Origin: a virus
Lineage: Duplodnaviria > Heunggongvirae > Uroviricota > Caudoviricetes
Strand: one strand, 5' to 3'
Virus record (IMG/VR): IMGVR_UViG_3300042940_001739
DNA length: 64,000 nucleotides
Positions 9,795 through 18,974 of the stretch are shown piece by piece. The notes under the pieces were generated by a model, which made no database searches, was not told the origin of the DNA, and saw only the letters and a program-made list of their open reading frames with translations. Made by a program: the position numbers and the translations under genes. Each line of letters starts with the position of its first letter. The first letter of the stretch is position 1.

Positions 9795-10406
9795 ATGAGT
9801 TTAAAAAGTTTACAAGAACGAGCAGGCGTTGCCGCAGATGGAGCATTTGGCCCAGGCACGCTAAAAGCAGCAATGAGTTTGTTAAAGCTAACGCCAGTTA
9901 GAGCAGCACACTTCTTTGCACAAACAGCACACGAAACGGGTGGTTTCAAAGCATTTTCAGAAAATCTTAATTATTCAGCGCAAGGTCTTCAAGGGATCTT
10001 CGGGAAATACTTCCCAGGAACTTTAGAAGAGTCTTATGCTCGTAATCCAGAAAAGATTGCTAACAGAGTTTATGCGGATCGAATGGGTAATGGTAATGAA
10101 GCTTCAGGAGATGGGTGGAAGTATCGTGGTCGTGGTGCATTACAATTGACAGGTAAAGCTAATTATGAAGCATTTGCTAAATATTTAAACAAACCAGAAA
10201 TTGTAACTAATCCAGATTTAGTAGCAACAACTTATGCATTTGAATCAGCAATGTTTTTCTTTGACAAAAACAAATTGTGGGACATTTGCGATAAAGGAGT
10301 TAGCAAAGAAACAATCTTAGCACTTACAAAAAGAATCAACGGCGGCACGCACGGATTAGCTGACCGCGAAGAAAAAACATTCAAATATTTCGGATACGTA
10401 AAATAA
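9795..10406 (+). CDS. GH19-family endolysin (chitinase-like lysozyme)
   Basis: FFAQTAHETGGF is the GH19 catalytic signature. Confidence 0.8.
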   Translation: MSLKSLQERAGVAADGAFGPGTLKAAMSLLKLTPVRAAHFFAQTAHETGGFKAFSENLNYSAQGLQGIFGKYFPGTLEESYARNPEKIANRVYADRMGNGNEASGDGWKYRGRGALQLTGKANYEAFAKYLNKPEIVTNPDLVATTYAFESAMFFFDKNKLWDICDKGVSKETILALTKRINGGTHGLADREEKTFKYFGYVK

Positions 10407-10996
10407 TGGCATATACAAGAGAACAAATAGAAGCCGCTGTTAAAGCTAAAGGATATGTTTGGTTTGAAGGCGCAAAAGACTTCGATGTTAATATCATAGG
10501 AGTAAGAAATTCAAGTACAGCAAACAAAGTAACAAATGTATTTGATGATATAATGACTGTGTCGTACAAAGAAGGTGGAGAGTGGAAATTCGCTCAATGG
10601 CCTTGTACAACTGACCCAGGAACAAAAGGTGTTAAAGAATATCATAATGCTGCAGGTGTAGCTCGTTTAGTAGAAGGACAATATAGAGGTTCTCATACTT
10701 TAGGCTTGCACCAAGGTAAATATGAGGCTCTTAAACAAGCAAAACCAGTAAAAGTTTATCGTGATGCAAATCGTGATATGACTTATGACGAGAGCAAGAT
10801 TGCTGAAGGAGTATTTGGAATTAATATTCACAAAGCAGGGGCAGATTCAACATATGTTGAGAATTGGAGCGAAGGATGTCAAGTATTCAAGAAGTCAGCT
10901 GACTTTGAAGCATTTATGGTATTATGCCGTAAAGCTGCGGCAATCCATGGTAAATCATTTACTTATACATTAATCGAATCAGCGGATATTAAATAA
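10406..10996 (+). CDS. Hypothetical protein in lysis cassette (possible cell-wall hydrolase/peptidase)
   Basis: Position only: between the endolysin and a holin-like membrane protein. No confident motif. Confidence 0.3.
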   Translation: MAYTREQIEAAVKAKGYVWFEGAKDFDVNIIGVRNSSTANKVTNVFDDIMTVSYKEGGEWKFAQWPCTTDPGTKGVKEYHNAAGVARLVEGQYRGSHTLGLHQGKYEALKQAKPVKVYRDANRDMTYDESKIAEGVFGINIHKAGADSTYVENWSEGCQVFKKSADFEAFMVLCRKAAAIHGKSFTYTLIESADIK

Positions 10997-11418
10997 TGAA
11001 AACAATTCCACTAACAATATCACTTTTAGCAACAACGACCATGACATTCATCGGTACATATTTTTATAATCTTACAATGGATTACTCCGATCAGTACTTG
11101 GGGTTGATCGCTGTGGTGTTGTTTGATGGGTTTTTTGGAATTATAGCAGGAACAAAACGAGAGGGCTTTCAAACATGTAAGGCCCTCAAAGTTTTACGTA
11201 CAGCAGTTACATGGGTCATACTTTTAACGGTATTGTTATTAGTCGAAAAAGGTTTTAAAGGTACGTCGTGGTTGAGTGAAACAATATTAGTACCATTCAT
11301 GGTATTTCAGTTATTAAGCGCCTTGAAGAATGCTTCAATGGCTGGTTTTATTAAAACAGAAGTATTAAACCGCATCATGGATGCATTTGACAAACACAAA
11401 GGAGAAAGAACCGAGTGA
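10996..11418 (+). CDS. Multi-pass membrane protein, holin-like
   Basis: Three or four hydrophobic helices in 140 aa, adjacent to lysis genes. Confidence 0.4.
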   Translation: MKTIPLTISLLATTTMTFIGTYFYNLTMDYSDQYLGLIAVVLFDGFFGIIAGTKREGFQTCKALKVLRTAVTWVILLTVLLLVEKGFKGTSWLSETILVPFMVFQLLSALKNASMAGFIKTEVLNRIMDAFDKHKGERTE

Positions 11419-13337
11419 AACACGTAACAAGATTATTATTATTTTTATTAGCATTTATCCCAATGCTAAGTTTTGGACAATCTGGACCACCAGCTCCAAG
11501 TACTGGTATTTGGGCTATTATCGATACAACTTATACAGTTGGAACAACAACTCAAGGGGTAACAGAAGCTAAATTAACTTTAAAGAATACAACATTAACA
11601 AAATACACTGGTGTCCAGTTTAGAGTATTCTATGATAAAGTAGCATTCGTAAATGCATCAGTCGCACTATTAGGTACCACTACGAACCTAGATATGCAAC
11701 AAGTAGTAAATGCAGCAAATGGATATATCACAGTAACATTGGTATATACTGGTTCAAGCTCTACTTATACATTAGCTGATCAAGAAACATTTAAAATTAC
11801 ATTTACACACGCAGCACAATCGGTATTCAACAACTTGACGTCAATTGATGACTTAACTTGGACTGGAGTTCAAACATTCCCACAAGGAGCGGCAGCACAA
11901 GACGGATCAGACGTAACATTAGGATTACATTCATATGGTGGTGAATTCATATTCCAAAATTTTGATTATCACGGAACATTTACTAACGTTACAGGAACAC
12001 CTGCTAAAAACTTAACATTAGCATTAGAGAAACGTCCTGCAACGGGTGGTAGTTGGACACAAGTAAATACTTATACAACTGATATCAATGGCGACTTTGC
12101 AATTTCAGAACCAATTGATACAACTTATTGGGATGTTCGTTTAGCAATACAAGGCGATACAATGTTAGCAGGAAATGTTATTTCAACTTCGGATGCACAA
12201 CTTGTTAATCAATGGGTATTAGGAACATCAACAATGTCTGGATTTGATTATTATGCAGCAGATGTAAATGGATCTAACAATACTACAATAGCAGATGCAT
12301 ATGGTGTATTTGGTAGAGTATCAGGAAGATTCTCTGTATGGCCTAACAACGTACAAGACGTTAAATTCTTTACAGCAACAGAATATGCAACAATTAACGG
12401 TTCAGCAACCAACTACACTGCAACAATACCAGGCGCAACTAACTTTACATTTGACATTGTACCAGGAGCACCTGATTCAGTTGTATATTATGTAGCAGTA
12501 CCAGGTGATGCAAATGGAACAGGTTACCATATGGCACGTATTACTCCAATTGAAATTTTAATTGATCCAACACCTGGAGTTGAATCTCAAATTTACAATG
12601 TTATTGACAACAAAGTAGAATATGATTTTGCAACTTCACAAATTGAGGTTAATGTACCAAGATTAACAGTTCAAGAAGGAAACGTAGTTAATATACCAGT
12701 AAAAGTGTTTACAAATGGCATTGATTTGAATGCATTGCAATTTGGATTGAAATATGATCCAGAACTATTATCATTTAGTGGTGTTTATGCAACTTCTAAT
12801 GCAACAGAGTGGTTAACTTATATTAATCCTAATGATGGACAAGTTGATTGGGGAGGCTATGACGTCACTGATAATAAAAGTCCATTAAAAGACGGCGACG
12901 AGGTTATTACAATGCAATTTGTAGCATTAAAACCACAAGCACAATGGGATAACAGTCCTTTGTCAACAACTGACAAATTTGCAGGTAGAGCAGGAACATC
13001 TAAAGACTTAACAATTACTCCAACTAATGGAATTATCCAAGTAGTTAAAATGAGTGACAATGTTATTTCAATTGATAACAATAGTATGCAAATTGTACCT
13101 AACCCAGTTAAAGATGTTGTAACAATTGTATTCAATGTATTAGAACCAACAAATGCATCGTTAACAATTAGAGATTTACAAGGAAGATTATTAATGGATA
13201 TTGTCTCAGGTCAAATACCACAAGGACAATTTTCATATCAAGCTAATTTAGGTAAATTAGCAACAGGTTTATATATTGCAACACTTTCAATGGAAAATGG
13301 AGTGTTTATAGCAGAAAAATTAGTAAAACAGGATTAA
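11415..13337 (+). CDS. Secreted protein with T9SS type-A C-terminal sorting domain (Por_Secre_tail)
   Basis: N-terminal signal peptide (LLLFLLAFIPMLSFGQ) and a C-terminal ~80 aa matching the T9SS CTD (NPVKDVVTIVFNV...LTIRDLQGRLL...GLYIATLSMENGVFIAEKLVKQD). Confidence 0.65.
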   Translation: MKHVTRLLLFLLAFIPMLSFGQSGPPAPSTGIWAIIDTTYTVGTTTQGVTEAKLTLKNTTLTKYTGVQFRVFYDKVAFVNASVALLGTTTNLDMQQVVNAANGYITVTLVYTGSSSTYTLADQETFKITFTHAAQSVFNNLTSIDDLTWTGVQTFPQGAAAQDGSDVTLGLHSYGGEFIFQNFDYHGTFTNVTGTPAKNLTLALEKRPATGGSWTQVNTYTTDINGDFAISEPIDTTYWDVRLAIQGDTMLAGNVISTSDAQLVNQWVLGTSTMSGFDYYAADVNGSNNTTIADAYGVFGRVSGRFSVWPNNVQDVKFFTATEYATINGSATNYTATIPGATNFTFDIVPGAPDSVVYYVAVPGDANGTGYHMARITPIEILIDPTPGVESQIYNVIDNKVEYDFATSQIEVNVPRLTVQEGNVVNIPVKVFTNGIDLNALQFGLKYDPELLSFSGVYATSNATEWLTYINPNDGQVDWGGYDVTDNKSPLKDGDEVITMQFVALKPQAQWDNSPLSTTDKFAGRAGTSKDLTITPTNGIIQVVKMSDNVISIDNNSMQIVPNPVKDVVTIVFNVLEPTNASLTIRDLQGRLLMDIVSGQIPQGQFSYQANLGKLATGLYIATLSMENGVFIAEKLVKQD

Positions 13338-13338
13338 T

Positions 13339-13668
13339 ATGTCAGAAGAAACAAACAACGACGGAACATGGTCAGGAATGAAAAAGACCGTTATAGGAAC
13401 ATTAACTACAGTTATCACAGGTGGTGGTGTTTGGTTATCAACAATACTATTTGGCGGGCACGAAGAGCCTAAAGAAGAAACAAAAACAGAACAACCAGCA
13501 GCAGCTGCTCCGGTAATTGTTAACGTTCAACAAAACCAAGAAAACAAACAAAAATCTGAATTCAATGGATCGCACGGCGGAACTGTAATTTATGAGAATA
13601 AGTTACCAAAAAGTGAAGAAATTAAACCAGCTAAACCAGCAGAAAAACCACAAGAAGAATCATGGTAA
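13339..13668 (+). CDS. Small membrane-anchored protein with Pro/Lys/Glu-rich tail
   Basis: TM helix VIGTLTTVITGGGVWLSTILFGG, then a PKEETKTEQPAAAAP-type low-complexity tail. Confidence 0.3.
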   Translation: MSEETNNDGTWSGMKKTVIGTLTTVITGGGVWLSTILFGGHEEPKEETKTEQPAAAAPVIVNVQQNQENKQKSEFNGSHGGTVIYENKLPKSEEIKPAKPAEKPQEESW

Positions 13669-14375
13669 GATTTTTAACTATATTATTTTTATTCCCTTTA
13701 ACACTCCTTGCTCAACCAGTAGGGAGTGTTAAAACTGAACAATACCAAGCAGACTTTGAAAAGAAGCAAAGCATTGAGGTTGTTGCTAATTATACTGATA
13801 CGATTAAAATTCCTATTCAATTATTAAAAATTGGATTCAATGATGAATTGTATGAGATGTACCCAGAACTAAAACAAAAGCGAGTAGGTTTAGGTGTAAC
13901 TAACATTGTTATTGAGTTTTTAGAATATACGGGTAGATTTACATTCACTGAAGAAAAAGAAGAAATTAAACAGCGAATGATTGCCCAGGATAAAGCATCA
14001 GATAAGGGCATCTCGTCAAATAAAATTGAAGTTAAAGGCAATGTGGTGCTAGCAAAGTACTTTGTGTATATCGAAGTATATGACTTCTCAGTTTCAGAAG
14101 ATGATGTAGTTAAGTTGAATGGTGTAAGCACAATTACACAAACAACTCAATTAGGATTGCAAATTAAATTCGTAAATGCAGAGACTGGCGAAGTAATCGT
14201 TGGATCTGGATTAGGAGAAGCAAGTACAGTTAAAACTGAATCAATATTAGGTGATATATCAGATGATGTTAAATTCAATCAATCAACAATTGGAACATCA
14301 ACTAAAAAGGCACTAGAAACAGCAGCTTCACGAATTATAACAAGATTAATTGCTAAAGGCGTATTTAAGTCTTAA
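13662..14375 (+). CDS. Secreted hypothetical protein
   Basis: Signal peptide FLTILFLFPLTLLAQP. Confidence 0.4.
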   Translation: MVRFLTILFLFPLTLLAQPVGSVKTEQYQADFEKKQSIEVVANYTDTIKIPIQLLKIGFNDELYEMYPELKQKRVGLGVTNIVIEFLEYTGRFTFTEEKEEIKQRMIAQDKASDKGISSNKIEVKGNVVLAKYFVYIEVYDFSVSEDDVVKLNGVSTITQTTQLGLQIKFVNAETGEVIVGSGLGEASTVKTESILGDISDDVKFNQSTIGTSTKKALETAASRIITRLIAKGVFKS

Positions 14376-14425
14376 GCGGTTGGATATTAACAAATTAATC
14401 ATTATATTATATAAGGAAATGTATC

Positions 14426-16036
14426 GTGAAATATATCATAGCATTTGTACTAGGGTTAGTAGCATTTAACCTCAACGCACAGAACTATGTTTATTCTTAT
14501 ACAGACCCTTGCACAGGTGTAATAAAAACTATTACAGTTCCCATTAATGGATCGATATCAGTTTCTTATTACGGTGAAGTTGGAACATTTAGTGGACAAG
14601 ACTTTCAGAATGGAGTTTTTGAAACTTGGGCAAATCAAAAGTTGTCTCAATATCAAAACATTTCTCCTTGTTCACAAATTGTCGGAGTTGCAACAACGGT
14701 TGGTGTGACTCAGTCGACTGCTATTAATACTTTGAGTATTTTAAACTCATTGTCAGCATTAGCAGATATGGCAGGCGCAACTAACATGTTAGGGGGTGCA
14801 GTAAACACAGTAAATGGGAGCTCTAGCTCTGAAAGTAATAATAACGAAAACGAAGAACAAAATGGAAATAATTCTAATAGTAGTGGGACTAGCAGTAGTG
14901 GTAATAACGGCACTAGTTCTAGCAACGTGGGAGGATCGACGAACACGCAAGTATCAGGCACAACGCAAAGCACGGGAACAAGTACAACTGCGTCAGGAAC
15001 GCAAACAACGGGAAGCGGATCAAGTAATCCTAGCTCCGAACCCACAAGCAGCTCTTCTAGTAGCACAACTACAGGAACAACTTCACAAGAAGGAAGCACA
15101 GGAAGTGAAACTACAACAGGAAGCACAGGAAGCGAAACTAGTTCAGGAACTACAAGCACTGAACCAACAAGTACAGGAAGTGACCCAGGAAGTCAAAGTG
15201 GTACTGGAGGGAACGGAGAAAATGGCACCAGCGGTGGAAATGGTAGCAGTGGAAGCACTAGTGAAACCCAAACGCAAGAAACGCCAACCACGCAAGAAGA
15301 AACCAGCAAAACAAATATAACCGGAGGTAGTACAAATACCATTCGTGGTTCAACTACAACAACAGGCTCACCTAAAAGCAAAAATGGGAATGGAGCTCCA
15401 GCAGTAATTGCATCTGCAGATTTTGTAGGATTTAATTTTAGAGATTCAGAAGTAACTACCGGTTTAAAAGCTACTGGTGGTTATACTGCTTTACGATGGG
15501 ATGGTAAACGTAGTTGGGGAGGATTATTAGATTATACATCAGCTTTGAAAGGCCCTAATGCAACGGGATTCTATGCGTGGATCAAACCAGGGCGTGTCAC
15601 TTTATTATCCGGCACTTTAACAGTAGGTTTCGAAGGACGGGGAACAATATACGGTACAATCTCTGGAGGTCAAATGATGTCCTTTAAGAAGGTTAAAAAC
15701 TTAAAGGTAGTTTATATGGCTACGGTATCATATGGTGCTGTATATCAAACACCATTCTTAGGTACAGCTGTAATTGCTGGAGGGATGTATGATTTCAAAA
15801 TAGGAAAACGAATTGACATCAAATTAATGGACCTTATGGTTTATTCTCCATATGTAAGTTATTATAATGATGTTGTAATGAAATCTCCTTATGTAATGAT
15901 TCCTAGCATCGGAACAAATATTAGCATAACAAGAAAATTCAAATTTAATATTAATGCAGGTGGAGCTTGGTCATTAGGTCAATCTACTTTAAACTATACA
16001 GTAACATGCGGAACAAGATTATTAGTTGGGCAATAG
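14426..16036 (+). CDS. Secreted protein with ~170-aa Ser/Thr/Gly/Asn-rich low-complexity linker and beta-rich C-terminal domain
   Basis: GTG start after a class II motif. Signal peptide IIAFVLGLVAFNLNAQ. Mucin-like STG tract encoded by 14800-15330. Confidence 0.5.
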   Translation: MKYIIAFVLGLVAFNLNAQNYVYSYTDPCTGVIKTITVPINGSISVSYYGEVGTFSGQDFQNGVFETWANQKLSQYQNISPCSQIVGVATTVGVTQSTAINTLSILNSLSALADMAGATNMLGGAVNTVNGSSSSESNNNENEEQNGNNSNSSGTSSSGNNGTSSSNVGGSTNTQVSGTTQSTGTSTTASGTQTTGSGSSNPSSEPTSSSSSSTTTGTTSQEGSTGSETTTGSTGSETSSGTTSTEPTSTGSDPGSQSGTGGNGENGTSGGNGSSGSTSETQTQETPTTQEETSKTNITGGSTNTIRGSTTTTGSPKSKNGNGAPAVIASADFVGFNFRDSEVTTGLKATGGYTALRWDGKRSWGGLLDYTSALKGPNATGFYAWIKPGRVTLLSGTLTVGFEGRGTIYGTISGGQMMSFKKVKNLKVVYMATVSYGAVYQTPFLGTAVIAGGMYDFKIGKRIDIKLMDLMVYSPYVSYYNDVVMKSPYVMIPSIGTNISITRKFKFNINAGGAWSLGQSTLNYTVTCGTRLLVGQ

Positions 16037-17715
16037 TATTGCTGTCAGCATTTTCACTTAATGCACAAAGTGTTATCGCCCCAGGAGCTACATCATATAA
16101 CCAAAACACATCAAATCAAAGTGCAACAGGATTTTCGGTAACAGGTTTTACCCCGGCAGCTACTTTATTGGTTACTGTTGGACTAGTTAATCCACCAGCT
16201 GGAACAACTCTTAGATTTTCAACTACAGCAGGCGTTTCTGCAAGTACAGGATATACATTAACATCTAATTTTACTAGAATTAGTTTCACAGGAACTCAAG
16301 CAAATGTTAACACAGTATTAGCATCATTACAAGTAAACACCGGATCAACACCAGGAAATCTATATATAGCAGTAACTGCAACTGAAAATCCTACAGGCTA
16401 TTTTTATTTACCATCAAATGGTCACTTTTATAAACCGGTAGCTAGCGGCACAACATATACTAACGCAAAAGCAACAGCATTAAATACAACATTTAAAGGA
16501 CAGCAAGGTTATTTAGTAACTATCACATCACCTGATGAAGATGCCTTTATTTATAATAACGTTCCGCAATCTCAAATATGGTTTGCGTTATCAGATGCAG
16601 CACAAGAAGGATATTGGAGAATAGATGCCGGCCCAGAAAATGGAACTTTAATTAAAACAGCGAATGGACAGTATGCCGGAAACATTGCTAGTCAATATAA
16701 CAACTGGGCCGGAGGAGAACCTAACAACTCAGGCGGCGAACATTATGCGGTAACTAAATGGAACGGCTCTCAATGGAACGACTTACCTAATAGTTTCTCT
16801 TGTCCTTATGTAATTGAATATGGAACGTGGTCAGATCCAGGAAATCAAACATTTACGAATTTCTATACAGGATTCGTTACTCATCAGATTGCATGTAGCC
16901 CGGCAACATCGCCAACAGCACCAACCGGAACAGATGGATCTAGATCATTAGCTGGAACAGTTTCATTGTCAGCAGCTGCACCTGCAGGTAGCACAGTAGA
17001 TTGGTATGCTAATGCAATGGGTGGCAATGTTATATCGGGAGGATTTGGAACATTATCATTTACAACTCCTAGCATTTCAGCAACAACAACTTATTATGTT
17101 CAGGCTAGAAATTCAACAACGGGTTGTGTTAGTTCATCAAGAACTGCAGTAGTAGCAACAGTAAATTACCCAACACCATTTATTCATTCAGGATTCGTTT
17201 ATGGGTCTGAAGGAGTTGGTATATCTAATATACCAGTAAAGTTGTATAGAAAATTAAATGCAGAAACTAATTATACATTACACGGAACATATACAACAAC
17301 AAGCAACGGGCAATTTAATATAACAACTACTTTAGATATTGCATCGTATAATTTTCAAATAGTAATTGATAATTTAACAATTGCAAATCCAACTGTTAGT
17401 GATGCTCAATTTTTCAATCAAAAGATTTTATCACAAGGTTTTAGTTCTAAAGACTATTATAGATTGAATACTAATAACAATGCTATATTAACCATTGCAG
17501 ATGTTTATGAAGTATATCAAAAAACTTATAGTATACCATGGAATAATGGAGTTCCAACATATAGATTATTTAATCAATCAGAATGGAATATAATCAACTC
17601 ATCAACAACTGATTTAAGAACAACTTACCCAGGACTTCAAAGTTTAACAATACAAAGTCCTACTAATAATGGAACATCAAATATTTATTTAATAAGGACA
17701 GGATATGCGAATTAA
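16006..17715 (+). CDS. Secreted C-type-lectin-domain protein (possible receptor-binding/adhesin)
   Basis: Signal peptide MRNKIISWAIVLLSAFSLNAQS. CTLD signature WFALSD..EGYWRIDAG...YNNWAGGEPNNSGGEHYAVTKWNGSQWNDLPNSFSCPYVIEYG. The track start of 15967 is likely too early. Confidence 0.6.
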   Translation: MRNKIISWAIVLLSAFSLNAQSVIAPGATSYNQNTSNQSATGFSVTGFTPAATLLVTVGLVNPPAGTTLRFSTTAGVSASTGYTLTSNFTRISFTGTQANVNTVLASLQVNTGSTPGNLYIAVTATENPTGYFYLPSNGHFYKPVASGTTYTNAKATALNTTFKGQQGYLVTITSPDEDAFIYNNVPQSQIWFALSDAAQEGYWRIDAGPENGTLIKTANGQYAGNIASQYNNWAGGEPNNSGGEHYAVTKWNGSQWNDLPNSFSCPYVIEYGTWSDPGNQTFTNFYTGFVTHQIACSPATSPTAPTGTDGSRSLAGTVSLSAAAPAGSTVDWYANAMGGNVISGGFGTLSFTTPSISATTTYYVQARNSTTGCVSSSRTAVVATVNYPTPFIHSGFVYGSEGVGISNIPVKLYRKLNAETNYTLHGTYTTTSNGQFNITTTLDIASYNFQIVIDNLTIANPTVSDAQFFNQKILSQGFSSKDYYRLNTNNNAILTIADVYEVYQKTYSIPWNNGVPTYRLFNQSEWNIINSSTTDLRTTYPGLQSLTIQSPTNNGTSNIYLIRTGYAN

Positions 17716-18154
17716 ATTATTACTTTTATTATTTTTACCATTATTTTCAATTGCACAAGAATGTGTGTTTGTTGATACAGTATATGTAACAGCAAAACTT
17801 AGAGAATTAGGAACAAAAGATATTCGATTTGGAATCAAACAAATTGTTGAAGAAGAGGTATCACAACGTTATTGTTTAGCAGAACCAGGAGCTGCAATTG
17901 CAGTTGAAGTATTTTATTTTGGAATACCTAAACAAACAATACGTATCATCGGAGTTGAAAATACAAAAACTATAACACAAGTAGGAGTTCGTATTCATTT
18001 TAAAGGAATGAAGTATGAAGGAGTTGGCGAGTCTGAAACTGAAATACAAGCTATACTAATTGAAGTTAAAGAAGGTTCAATTCCTTTTGACAAAATGACG
18101 GTTCGTAACGCACTTAAAAAAGCAATACATGAAGCAGTTACTAAAATGCCTTAG
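17705..18154 (+). CDS. Secreted hypothetical protein
   Basis: Signal peptide LLLLLFLPLFSIAQE. Confidence 0.4.
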   Translation: MRIKLLLLLFLPLFSIAQECVFVDTVYVTAKLRELGTKDIRFGIKQIVEEEVSQRYCLAEPGAAIAVEVFYFGIPKQTIRIIGVENTKTITQVGVRIHFKGMKYEGVGESETEIQAILIEVKEGSIPFDKMTVRNALKKAIHEAVTKMP

Positions 18155-18575
18155 CATTATACTACCACTAACACTTTCAGCTCAACTTAAAATTGATGAT
18201 GTTGGTGATGGTTGGAAAGGATACATTCAACAATCTTTAGAATTGATAAAACAAACAGATTCAACTAAATATAAACAATTGGTTGAAACATGCAATCATA
18301 TTGGTTATTGGAACGGAGCATACTCAACTACAGAAGATTCAACAATACTAATATCAAATCTAGAAATGCGTCGTGGGAACATACACGATCTTGCAGCAGC
18401 TCTAATTCACGAGTCAATGCACTTATATATCATACAACAACGAATCACATTATCTACTAAACAAGAAGAAACAATTTGTTATTTATATGAGTTAGAGTTT
18501 CTTTCAAAAATTCCTAATGTTGAGCCATGGCTTATTCAACATGTGCATCGTCAATTAGATGCATTGCACAAATAA
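18129..18575 (+). CDS. Small secreted protein with HExxH zinc-metallopeptidase motif
   Basis: Signal peptide LKCLSIILPLTLSAQ, then AALIHESMHLYI (HExxH). Confidence 0.4.
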   Translation: MKQLLKCLSIILPLTLSAQLKIDDVGDGWKGYIQQSLELIKQTDSTKYKQLVETCNHIGYWNGAYSTTEDSTILISNLEMRRGNIHDLAAALIHESMHLYIIQQRITLSTKQEETICYLYELEFLSKIPNVEPWLIQHVHRQLDALHK

Positions 18576-18611
18576 TTTGTATTTACGGATTATTTTCATT
18601 ATAATATCAGT

Positions 18612-18962
18612 ATGAACTATAAATACATTATAACTGCCTATATCATGTTTATGGTAGGCCAAGCGGTTGTCTGGGTACAAACAAATGGACCTATCTTATG
18701 GCCATGGGCTAAACAATGGAAATTTCCATTAATGCTTTTAGGGATTCCTATTACATGGCTGTTTATGGAAGCAACTAACTATGTTGTTAAAGGATTCGAT
18801 GGCGCTTTTTGGCCCGGAAGATTTATGTCATTTACTGCAGGAATTCTTATTTTTACTGTTATGACGTACGTTTTTAAATCAGAAGGAATAAATTTAAAGA
18901 CCATGGTATCGTTAGCATTAGCATTTGCATTAATTTTAGTACAGCTCTTTTGGAAGTCTTGA
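18612..18962 (+). CDS. Multi-pass membrane protein
   Basis: Four hydrophobic segments in 116 aa. Class II motif upstream. Confidence 0.4.
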   Translation: MNYKYIITAYIMFMVGQAVVWVQTNGPILWPWAKQWKFPLMLLGIPITWLFMEATNYVVKGFDGAFWPGRFMSFTAGILIFTVMTYVFKSEGINLKTMVSLALAFALILVQLFWKS

Positions 18963-18974
18963 TATTTATAATAG

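Noticed and set aside
14814-15320. Alternative + frame ORF (KRKKRQ-rich, 168 aa) inside the Ser/Thr-rich linker of 14426..16036
   Set aside because: It is the product of reading low-complexity repetitive DNA in another frame; the signal-peptide-bearing frame is continuous and preferred.
15967-16005. Track start of the C-type lectin gene at 15967 (MVIRSIYFKLYSN...)
   Set aside because: The internal Met at 16006 is followed by a textbook signal peptide, while the upstream extension overlaps the preceding gene by 70 nt. Moved the start to 16006.
16006-17715. Diversity-generating retroelement around the C-type lectin gene
   Set aside because: No reverse transcriptase or template/variable repeat pair is visible anywhere in the window. 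Kept only as something to look for in the rest of the genome.
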